In this document: one piece after another, positions 38,001 through 44,764 of the stretch
How positions within the stretch are numbered: the stretch's first letter is position 1
Layout: each line of letters begins with the position of its first letter
Virus record (IMG/VR): IMGVR_UViG_3300047472_000248
Location: 1 to 52,314 of that record
Length of the DNA: 52,314 nt
Strand: one strand, 5' to 3'
Source: a virus
Taxonomy: Duplodnaviria; Heunggongvirae; Uroviricota; Caudoviricetes
Notes under the pieces: model-generated
Told to the model about the DNA's origin: nothing
Database searches by the model: none
The model's input: the letters and a program-made list of their open reading frames with translations, nothing else
Program-made: the position numbers and the translations under genes

Positions 38001-38575
38001 CCGAGAAGATCTACACCTTCTCGCACACCCGGCTGCACATCTTGACGCCGTCGGTGACAGGGCCGATCCCTGGCGTGGCTGGCTCGGGCGCGACCTACAG
38101 CTACCTGCCGCTTTCCTGGGATAGCGCCTACAGCTACGCCGAAGGCGCCGCTGCCGTCGACACCAAGCGGAACAAGATCCTCTGGACGCACGGTTACGGC
38201 CTCAATTCCAAGTCCAAGCCCTACACCTTCGACCTCACGTCGGGCACGCTGGACGCGCAGCACACCTACACGGGTTCGGCCGCCGCGGCACTGGCGACCG
38301 TGCCTTCGTCTTGCGGGGTCGTCTACGAGCCATTCCTGGACCGATATCTGCTGCGTGGGCCTGACGCTGGCGCTGCGATCTACGTGATCCATCCGGAGAC
38401 GTTCGACGTCAGCCTTCTGACCACGTCGGGCGCAACCGACATCCCGGCGCAGGCTGGGTCCGGTGCCGAGGGCTACACGGGCGTCTACAACAAGTGGGCC
38501 TATGTGCCGCACCTGCGGGGTGTGGTCTATGTGGTCGGCGCTGGCTTCAACCTGCGCTTCATTCGGACGCACTGA
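35057..38575 (+). CDS. Large multidomain protein: PcRGLX/YetA-like N-terminal region and probable beta-propeller C-terminus
   Basis: PFSVGHAFKQGDVP...VKNRWPDGSVKFA resembles the RIFT-barrel start of PcRGLX-like lyases; C-terminal blade-like repeats (YDP/VDT...). Confidence 0.55.
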   Translation: MASPVNKRYSVASGQPIYAGRFVLPASNSGLAMLTISSSTSGTKPFSVGHAFKQGDVPAGLDVVLSGVTSGQVTVKNRWPDGSVKFAIAAGRVALSAGVPLLVAVGSGTAPSGTPLSTSALQLVMTSPAVIDVGSYGTVSWSGTDWASPFMTVCTGPVMSQWVYRKPVGSDPHLVAWLRVRLYSSGEVDALPWVENSKLLVASPTSKAGTYAFTMGGTVRYTGTIDLPAQCRTPLLSGTGLSHWLGTDPDVDVLHDTDYLQATGLFSQYFARTPSNAAVVTSLPSSWAPLQQGKFPSALGGVGGNGYVGLLPDWDVVYLTCPQASTFKGVVRQAYSAGRYPIHYRDETDSNRWARVSQHPTLDYQTIPGVSPGGTAAPPWSGDHPPSVGYMAHLITGDAYHLDTVLAATSFDSFIAISAGNRQNGSGITCASQFAGSTRRAAWVWRNLAHALTLAPDTTYATEYRTQLTNNVNYYWTRYVGAGGWQNPVGNKQGFVQPFGSYNLNVNGAVTASTTTTASSADPAFTYYHNVQDGQYVGLTLHAIGVGESRTITAFDAASCMFTVSPAFSSAPAIGSPIEVIYGTLFDAPWMHDYLTGTMGWTLDLGCGFDSTTQARMEELFKWKAQSIIGRLGFTGSTEFLYRDFAPYALPIAKFDYPNDNAWATGAGPWFDDWGQIYDKTYSGTAVNDNLSYWPWASRGARAEGDLRNDGLMDPQGSPAAALPAIAYAVKHGVPGAEDALMRMQSAGNYSAFAALFDTSPTWGVSHMALPAWRRNQAIGEIREISGTKMNPSLPNVNIVEDLVGWDHDIANPIGGRYSNRLDGYCGWTFDERRSTGWTAAAGGHGDYWGNEMANIDLRKDRPTWFLYHPGSNGPVLDYASSNEPAPAWRTRYADGLPASRHTYAMTQFLGRHNRAVTTGGSISSPGTPFQDTDGFDVDAGVGVNGWSELYAYPGGQGGVGPATWSGGGAIIAATCVKDPRTEKIYTFSHTRLHILTPSVTGPIPGVAGSGATYSYLPLSWDSAYSYAEGAAAVDTKRNKILWTHGYGLNSKSKPYTFDLTSGTLDAQHTYTGSAAAALATVPSSCGVVYEPFLDRYLLRGPDAGAAIYVIHPETFDVSLLTTSGATDIPAQAGSGAEGYTGVYNKWAYVPHLRGVVYVVGAGFNLRFIRTH

Positions 38576-38922
38576 TGAGCACGCTCGAGCCCAACAGCGT
38601 GCCATGCGGGACGTGTCGCGCCTGCTGCAAGAAGGACGTGATCGTTCTCGGCCCGAACGACGACCTGAATGCCTTCAAGTGGCACAGCGAGTTCGGCCGG
38701 GCAGTGCTCGATCGCAAACCCAACGGCGAATGCACCTACCTCGGCCCGCAAGGCTGCACGGTGCACGGCGCTGCGCCAGAGATCTGCCGTGCGTTTGATT
38801 GCCGAGTCCTCTTTCTGAAGACCCCGAAGGACCAGCGTCGCATCCGCATCACCACGAACCCCTCGATGCGCGCCGTCTATGACGCCGGCCGCAGCCGTCT
38901 GAAGACCTTGGAAAAAGCATGA
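38575..38922 (+). CDS. YkgJ-family Cys-cluster (Fe-S) protein
   Basis: CGTCRACC...C.YL....C.VH...PE.CRAFDC; start at ATG 38575. Confidence 0.85.
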   Translation: MSTLEPNSVPCGTCRACCKKDVIVLGPNDDLNAFKWHSEFGRAVLDRKPNGECTYLGPQGCTVHGAAPEICRAFDCRVLFLKTPKDQRRIRITTNPSMRAVYDAGRSRLKTLEKA

Positions 38923-39890
38923 CCATCGCCCTCGTAGCCTCTGCGGCCGGCTCCGGCATCACCGCCGGTATGAACGACGCCGGTGCCAATCTCATCGTCG
39001 GCGGCATCGGCACGGCCGGCGGTTCGATTGCGCCCAGCAGTCCGACCGACAGCAAGGGCAACACCTGGACGAACGGCAACGAGCTGATCGACAACGTTGC
39101 CCCGTTTCACGCGGGCATGTTCTGGTGCGCGGCACCGACGACCGACAGCTCGCACACCGTCAGCGCGTCGGTCTTTTACGAAGGCATCGTCGCGATGGCC
39201 TTCTCGGGCCTGGCATCGTCCCCCTTTGACCAGCAAAACGGAGCGATCTCGGGCAGCAGCTCGTCGACGAGCCTAGCACCCGGCAGCATCACGCCGAGCG
39301 TCGACGGCTGCCTGATCGTCACCTACATCTCGTGGGACTCGAACGCCCCGCTGCCGACCGTGACCGTGCCGAGCGGCTTCACGGCCGGCCCGGAGACCGT
39401 GAGCATCTCGGGTGCGATTCGCACTGCAATGGCATGGAAGATCCAGACCACTGCCGCGCCGATCAATCCGACCTGGAACTACACTCCGGCCGGCCGCACT
39501 GGTGCCATGATCATGTCGTTCAAGCCGGCCAGTGGCGGTGGCGGAGGTGGCGGCAGTTCGATCTCTCTGGCGCCGGCCGCGGGCACGATCACGATCGCGA
39601 GCGTTTCGCCGATCCTGTCGATCTCGTCGACCAGCACGCCGGGCGCGATCACGATCCCGGCACTTGCAAACGACACCGCGACCCTCGTGGCCTCGCGCGG
39701 CAGCTTGCAGGTGAAGATCTACAACGCTGCCACCGGCGCGTCGGTCCTGAACGTCACGGCCGCGACCGCGACTGACGGCACGATCTCGATCACGAACGCG
39801 GCCCTGGTGCAGGGCAGCAGCTACGTCGGCTTCATCTACGACCAGACGACGGGCGAGGTCGGCGCCTTCACTCCGGTGCAGGCGGTGTAA
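38919..39890 (+). CDS. Beta-rich virion structural protein
   Basis: Ser/Thr/Gly/Ala-rich, poly-Gly linker, no signal peptide. Confidence 0.6.
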   Translation: MTIALVASAAGSGITAGMNDAGANLIVGGIGTAGGSIAPSSPTDSKGNTWTNGNELIDNVAPFHAGMFWCAAPTTDSSHTVSASVFYEGIVAMAFSGLASSPFDQQNGAISGSSSSTSLAPGSITPSVDGCLIVTYISWDSNAPLPTVTVPSGFTAGPETVSISGAIRTAMAWKIQTTAAPINPTWNYTPAGRTGAMIMSFKPASGGGGGGGSSISLAPAAGTITIASVSPILSISSTSTPGAITIPALANDTATLVASRGSLQVKIYNAATGASVLNVTAATATDGTISITNAALVQGSSYVGFIYDQTTGEVGAFTPVQAV

Positions 39891-39891
39891 G

Positions 39892-40776
39892 GTGGCACAT
39901 ACCCGCTTCGGACACGGCGGTTGGCTCTCCGGCAAGACCCTGTTCGGGAATGCCGGGTTCGGCGTGCGCGGCGATGCACTGGCTGCCTCGGGCGATGCCG
40001 GCGCCGGCTACCTCTTCGATGACATCAGCCTGCCGGCCGATGCGGCGAAGGAAATTGCCGGCCGCATCCTGACCTGGCCGAGCGCCGGCACGCTTGCAGC
40101 CAACGAAGACGGCTCGTTCTCGTTCCTGGGCGCGCCCGACGGCATCTACACCTTCACCTACCAGCTCTACGTCGACGGCATCGCGACGGGCTCGCCGGCC
40201 ACGGTGACGCTGCAGATTGGCATCGTCGACACGACCTTGACGCCGGCGGCGGCCATCCTGACCTTCGCAAACCCGACGGCCAGTCTCACGCGCACCGGGC
40301 ACCTAGCGCTCGCGCCCGCCGCGGCAAACCTGGTGGTGACGACGACGGCCGCAGTGCTGACTCGTTCGGGTGCCTTGATCCTCACGCCGGCGGCAGCGGT
40401 GCTCACGATTGCCACGACCACCGCCGCGCTGTCGCGCTCGGGGGTTGTCGACCTGGCGCCCGCAGCAGCCGTGCTGACGCTCACGAGCACGCCGGCAGTC
40501 CTCTCGATCTCGGCCATTCAGCCGCAGAACGTCGTGCTGACTCCGGCGGCCTCGGTGCTGACATTCGTGAGCACGCCGGCCGCTCTCCGGGTCGACGGGC
40601 CTGTCTCGCTGTCGCCGGCGGCCGCCGTCCTGACTGTCACGACGCATGCCTCGGTCGTGACGATCTTCACGCCGCTCGTCATCCCGTCGGTCACTTTGGC
40701 CGTGCAGTTGACCCGGCAGGGTCCGCTCGAGGTCACTGTTGTGCGATTGCCACGCTTGACCGTGCTTCGGGGATAG
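39892..40776 (+). CDS. Ig/cadherin-like domain followed by six LxPAAA repeats (structural)
   Basis: GTLAANEDGSFSF...TFTYQL domain, then LTPAAAILT, LAPAAANLV, LTPAAAVLT, LAPAAAVLT, LTPAASVLT, LSPAAAVLT. Confidence 0.65.
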   Translation: MAHTRFGHGGWLSGKTLFGNAGFGVRGDALAASGDAGAGYLFDDISLPADAAKEIAGRILTWPSAGTLAANEDGSFSFLGAPDGIYTFTYQLYVDGIATGSPATVTLQIGIVDTTLTPAAAILTFANPTASLTRTGHLALAPAAANLVVTTTAAVLTRSGALILTPAAAVLTIATTTAALSRSGVVDLAPAAAVLTLTSTPAVLSISAIQPQNVVLTPAASVLTFVSTPAALRVDGPVSLSPAAAVLTVTTHASVVTIFTPLVIPSVTLAVQLTRQGPLEVTVVRLPRLTVLRG

Positions 40777-40809
40777 ACGGTCGATTCGCGGCAGCGCTAG
40801 GGCCGTCGC

Positions 40810-40815
40810 TATAAT
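40810..40815 (+). promoter_or_regulatory. -10 box (TATAAT) upstream of the lysis cassette
   Basis: Perfect TATAAT with the operator core 11 bp downstream; no clear -35. Confidence 0.45.
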
Positions 40816-40826
40816 GCAGAAAGTAA

Positions 40827-40838
40827 GTCAGTGCTGAC
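40827..40838. promoter_or_regulatory. Operator (#15)
   Basis: GTAAGTCAGtgCTGACT upstream of the lysis cassette, with an extra CTGACT half-site after it. Confidence 0.85.
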
Positions 40839-40861
40839 TGAAACTGACTGATGAGGATTGC

Positions 40862-41260
40862 ATGGCCGAGGATCAAGTTTCCCCTGGAGAGTTTCAAGGA
40901 CTGCGCCGCGATGTGGGGGAGGTGAAGGACACCATGAAGGCGCTGGTGCAGGCCTTCAACCGACTCGATCTGCTGGCGCAAAGCCTCGAGACCCATGCCA
41001 GCCAGGTCACCAAGCACGACAACCGCCTGGACTCCATCGAGCATCTGCTGCACCAGAGCGAACTCCGGGAGGCCCAGCGTGCCAGCTTCGAGCAGCGTAT
41101 CCAGGCGCTCGAAGAGGCCGCCAAGGAAGACCACCTGAAGATGGCCACTGCCGAAGCCCGCTTTCACACCCTGATGTGGGGCGTTCGCTCGATCTGGAGC
41201 GTGCTCGGCATCGGTGGGATCGCCGCCGTGCTGCGCTACCTGTCGCACGGCGCCCTGTAA
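40862..41260 (+). CDS. Holin/antiholin-like protein (coiled coil plus C-terminal TM helix)
   Basis: Precedes the endolysin; one C-terminal hydrophobic segment. Confidence 0.55.
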   Translation: MAEDQVSPGEFQGLRRDVGEVKDTMKALVQAFNRLDLLAQSLETHASQVTKHDNRLDSIEHLLHQSELREAQRASFEQRIQALEEAAKEDHLKMATAEARFHTLMWGVRSIWSVLGIGGIAAVLRYLSHGAL

Positions 41261-41283
41261 GCCAACCCACCGGAGGAGACCGG

Positions 41284-41739
41284 ATGAGTTCCATCCAACT
41301 GTCGAAGAACTTCTTCCTCGACGAGTTCATCAAGAGCGACACCGCGGTCCGCAAGGGCATCCCGAACAACCCGGACCCGATCGTCATCCAGGCCCTCACG
41401 AAGCAGGCCACGATGATGGAGACGATCCGAAAGCTCCTCGGGAACAACAAGATCACCGTCCTCTCGGGCTACCGCTGCCCGCAGCTCAACAAGGCCGTCG
41501 GCGGCGCCGCGAACAGCGAGCACATCACCGGTGAGGCCTGCGACTTCATCGTGCCGGCCTACGGCAACCCCGTCGAAGTGGCCCACGCAATCGCCAAGTC
41601 CGAGCTCGACTTCGGCCAGCTGATCTACGAGGGCACCTGGGTGCACATCAGCCAGCCTGGCCGCTTCAAGCGCCAGATTCTCACGGCCACCTTCATCCCG
41701 GGCGAGAAGGTTCGATACACGCCCGGCCTGCCCACCTGA
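41284..41739 (+). CDS. Endolysin, peptidase M15 family (Zn D-Ala-D-Ala peptidase fold)
   Basis: LSKNF.LDEF, SGYRC..LN.AVGG..NSEH..G.ACD and WVHIS motifs; GGAG RBS. Confidence 0.93.
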   Translation: MSSIQLSKNFFLDEFIKSDTAVRKGIPNNPDPIVIQALTKQATMMETIRKLLGNNKITVLSGYRCPQLNKAVGGAANSEHITGEACDFIVPAYGNPVEVAHAIAKSELDFGQLIYEGTWVHISQPGRFKRQILTATFIPGEKVRYTPGLPT

Positions 41740-41755
41740 CCAAACGGAGATCTCC

Positions 41756-42007
41756 ATGAGCACCAAGCAACTCGCCGAAGTCCAAGCCGAGCGCGACTAC
41801 CAGACCGGCAAGTGGGGCACGTCTTTCGACGACCAGAACACGCCGCACCAGTGGATGGCCTACATCTCCAGCTACGGCAGCCGCCACCTTGCCGGCAACC
41901 CGGCGCTCGTCGACCGTGCTGCCTTCCGTGAGGACATGAAGAAGGTTGCCGCCCTGGCCGTCGCCGCCATGGAAGCCTTCGACCGCGCGAACACCGTCCC
42001 GGCGTGA
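41756..42007 (+). CDS. MazG-like helical protein (degenerate)
   Basis: EVQAER..Q..KWG...W...FREDMKKVAALAVAAME. Confidence 0.5.
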   Translation: MSTKQLAEVQAERDYQTGKWGTSFDDQNTPHQWMAYISSYGSRHLAGNPALVDRAAFREDMKKVAALAVAAMEAFDRANTVPA

Positions 42008-42225
42008 TGGCCTTCATCGACAAGCTGCTCGCGCTGATCGACCGCGCGCAGCGCTCCTTCATCCTATGCCTGGGCGCCGGCATCGTCTGCTCCGCGCTGC
42101 TGCTGCTGGGCAAGCTCGACTCGGGTGCCTACACCGCGATCATCATGGGCACCGTCGCCACCTTCGTTGCCGGCGAGACCACGCACCGCGTGAAGTCGAT
42201 CGGGCAGGGCGGGGAAGGCCAGTGA
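42007..42225 (+). CDS. Holin
   Basis: About 72 aa, two TM segments, immediately before the spanins. Confidence 0.65.
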   Translation: MAFIDKLLALIDRAQRSFILCLGAGIVCSALLLLGKLDSGAYTAIIMGTVATFVAGETTHRVKSIGQGGEGQ

Positions 42226-42794
42226 TCGCCGTATTGCTGTCGCTTCTGCAGCGCTTCGCCGGCCCCCTGGTGATCTTCGCGTCGATCGCGCTGTCACTCT
42301 GGATGGGCTACGAGTTTTCCTACGAGCGTGGGTATCACGCACGGGACCAGCTCGTGCAGCAGCAGGTCGCCGCCCAGCGCGAAGCCGACGCTGCAGCTGC
42401 CGTCGCCGCGGCCGCCGAAGACCAGCGCCTGGTCGCCCGGGTCGCCGCCAACGACGTGCATGCCCGAGACGTCCAGACCCAGCTGAAGGCCCATCTCGCG
42501 GTCCAGGCCACTTTTACCTGTTCGGAGACCACCGATGCTCTATCGAAACGTCCTTCTCTTGGCGCTGCTCTTCTCGATGCTGACACTGTGCGCCTGCTCA
42601 ACGACGCCCGCGGTCTGCCCGTCGTTCCAGCCGCCAGCCAGCAGCCTGATCAAGTCGGAGCCGCTACCCCGGTTGGGGGCGCCGACCTCGCTCTGAGCGA
42701 CGCAGATCTCGCCAAGCGCTACCAGGACCTGGCCACACGCCACGACGCCCTGGTGGACTACGTCAACGCATACAAGAAGCGGCTGCCGCAATGA
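42222..42794 (+). CDS. Inner-membrane spanin (Rz-like)
   Basis: GTG start, N-terminal TM helix, Ala/Gln coiled coil, hosts an embedded lipoprotein gene. Confidence 0.85.
   Translation: MIAVLLSLLQRFAGPLVIFASIALSLWMGYEFSYERGYHARDQLVQQQVAAQREADAAAAVAAAAEDQRLVARVAANDVHARDVQTQLKAHLAVQATFTCSETTDALSKRPSLGAALLDADTVRLLNDARGLPVVPAASQQPDQVGAATPVGGADLALSDADLAKRYQDLATRHDALVDYVNAYKKRLPQ
42535..42696 (+). CDS. Outer-membrane spanin (Rz1-like lipoprotein), embedded in the +1 frame
   Basis: Translated by hand: MLYRNVLLLALLFSMLTLCACSTTPAVCPSFQPPASSLIKSEPLPRLGAPTSL; LCAC lipobox, Pro-rich mature part. Confidence 0.85.
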   Translation: MLYRNVLLLALLFSMLTLCACSTTPAVCPSFQPPASSLIKSEPLPRLGAPTSL

Positions 42795-44101
42795 CCCTGA
42801 ACAAAGACGAGAAGGCCTTCCTGAAGGTCTACAACGACCGCACCACCTTCCCGACGACCGAAGCCGTCGCGGCCCATTTCGGGGTGGCACTGCAGACCGT
42901 CAAGAACAAGGCCGTGCAGCTGCGCAAGAAGGCGCCGGACGCCGTCATCAGCCGCGTGCACTACTCGGTGCCCATGAGCGAGGATGCCAGTCGCTTCCGT
43001 GAAGACTGGACGGCCGAGGACTGCATCGAAGAACTGCGCCGCGTGGCCTCGCTCGACGAGGACCAGGTGGTCAGCCGGAACTACTTCCGCGTCCACAGCG
43101 AGATCTCCGAGTCGACCTGGAACCGCTACTTCGGCACCTTCGAGGAGTTCAAGCGCCAGGCCGGCCTGAAGCTGACCCGCCAGCAGCACGCCCTCGAGCG
43201 ACACATCGCCAAGCACGCCTCGGTCGACCACTACCGGGCGCTGAACCGCGAGCGTCAGGACTATGCCGGCCGCTACGTGCGCACCAAGCCCGGCCGCTTC
43301 AAGACCGTCATCATCGCGAGCGACCTGCACGACGAAGAGATGGACCCCTTCTTCCGCCGCGTGCTGATCGACACCATCAAGCGCGTGCAGCCCGACGCTT
43401 TCTGCATCGGCGGCGACGGCCTGGACCTGCCCGAGTTCGGCAAGTATTCGGTCGACCCGCGCGAGTGGGGCCCGACCCGCCGCATCCGTCACATGCACGC
43501 CTTCTGCAACGAGGTGCGCAACGTCGCGCCCGACGCGCAGTTCGACTGGCTCGAGGGCAACCACGAATTCCGCCTGCTGCGTCACCTGGGCGACGAGACG
43601 CCGGCCCTGAAGGCAGTGCTGGCCGAGCTGCACGGCATGACGATCCGCCAGCTGCTCGGGCTCGACCGGTTCGAGGTCAACTACATCGCCAAGGCCGACC
43701 TGGCGGCCTACCGCGAGCGCGACATCCAGAAGGAGCTGGGGCGCAACTACCACATCTACTTCGACAGCCTCCTGGTGCACCACTTCCCCGAAGGCCGCCA
43801 GATGGGCATGCCGGGCGTGAACGGCCACCACCACAAGCACATCAGCTGGCCGAGCTTCAGCCCGGTCTACGGCGCCTTCGAATGGCACCAGCTCGGCTGT
43901 GGCCACAAGCGCGACGCCAGCTACTGCGCCGGCGAGAAGTGGCACATGGGCTTCATGATCGCGAACATCGACACGCAGACGCGCCAGGTCAACTTCGACT
44001 ACGTGCCCGTGACCGACTTTGCCGTCTCGGGCGGCACGTTCTACCACCGTCAGGGCAACGAAGTCGTCGCGCCCGAAACGCGCATTCTGCTCGGGGCGTG
44101 A
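42791..44101 (+). CDS. Calcineurin-like metallophosphoesterase with N-terminal DNA-binding-like domains
   Basis: SDLH, GGDGLD, GNHE and GHHH motifs; N-terminal CIEELRRVA...TWNRYFGTF....QAGL resembles the homing-endonuclease-associated repeat. Confidence 0.85.
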   Translation: MTLNKDEKAFLKVYNDRTTFPTTEAVAAHFGVALQTVKNKAVQLRKKAPDAVISRVHYSVPMSEDASRFREDWTAEDCIEELRRVASLDEDQVVSRNYFRVHSEISESTWNRYFGTFEEFKRQAGLKLTRQQHALERHIAKHASVDHYRALNRERQDYAGRYVRTKPGRFKTVIIASDLHDEEMDPFFRRVLIDTIKRVQPDAFCIGGDGLDLPEFGKYSVDPREWGPTRRIRHMHAFCNEVRNVAPDAQFDWLEGNHEFRLLRHLGDETPALKAVLAELHGMTIRQLLGLDRFEVNYIAKADLAAYRERDIQKELGRNYHIYFDSLLVHHFPEGRQMGMPGVNGHHHKHISWPSFSPVYGAFEWHQLGCGHKRDASYCAGEKWHMGFMIANIDTQTRQVNFDYVPVTDFAVSGGTFYHRQGNEVVAPETRILLGA

Positions 44102-44102
44102 G

Positions 44103-44291
44103 ATGGCTGGGCCGGTCCCGCTGCTCGATGCCGACGAGCTCCTGATCGTGGCCCGCGACTACTTCGCGGGCCCTGGACTGGTGCGAGCGGACGCCGTTGC
44201 CATCCTGATCGACGAGCTGACCAGGCTGCAGCAGAAGGTCGCGGACCTGATCCGGCGTGTGGACGACCTCGAGGTAGAGCGTGTGATTTGA
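44103..44291 (+). CDS. Small coiled-coil protein
   Basis: 62 aa from ATG 44103. Confidence 0.5.
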   Translation: MAGPVPLLDADELLIVARDYFAGPGLVRADAVAILIDELTRLQQKVADLIRRVDDLEVERVI

Positions 44292-44316
44292 CGCACCATC
44301 GCCTTCACTGGAGAAT
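44288..44316 (+). promoter_or_regulatory. Sigma70-like promoter for the second receptor-binding cassette
   Basis: TTGACG, 17 bp, GAGAAT, then 1 nt and the operator. Confidence 0.55.
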
Positions 44317-44318
44317 TA

Positions 44319-44330
44319 GTCAGTTCTGAC
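44319..44330. promoter_or_regulatory. Operator (#16)
   Basis: TTAGTCAGttCTGACTTA. Confidence 0.85.
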
Positions 44331-44350
44331 TTATTTTCTATAAGGTAGCC

Positions 44351-44761
44351 ATGCGTCACACCACCCACCAGAAGACCACTGTCGCCCTGACGTCGACGCT
44401 GGCACAGATCCGGTCGATCGACGTTGCGACTCATTCGGTCCTGTCGCTGGTGATCGTCAACACCGGCGCAAATCCGGTGACTGCCTTTGCACTCGAAGGC
44501 AAGGTGACGCGCTACGAACAGGCCGGCACGACGACCGAGGGCTTGCCGGACGAATACGTCACGCTCAAGAACTCGTCCTTCTCCACGGCTGACTTCAACG
44601 TCGTTGCTTCCACCGGTGAGCTGACCAACCTGGCCGCCGGCGCGTCCGTGATGGTCCACCTGAACGTCGCGCTGCTCGACCACATTCACCTGAAGGCCGC
44701 GTCGACTCTGGGCACCACGCTCTCGATCCACGCTGTCGGTTCGCAAGGCCCGGAGCAGTAA
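44351..44761 (+). CDS. Beta-rich structural/adaptor protein
   Basis: 136 aa with an alternating beta-strand pattern; first gene of the cassette. Confidence 0.55.
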   Translation: MRHTTHQKTTVALTSTLAQIRSIDVATHSVLSLVIVNTGANPVTAFALEGKVTRYEQAGTTTEGLPDEYVTLKNSSFSTADFNVVASTGELTNLAAGASVMVHLNVALLDHIHLKAASTLGTTLSIHAVGSQGPEQ

Positions 44762-44764
44762 TCC

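Noticed and set aside
42670-42794. Frameshift at the G5 run joining the o-spanin to the Rz C-terminus
   Set aside because: A fully embedded Rz1 with Rz extending past it is the normal lambda-type layout; no shift is needed.
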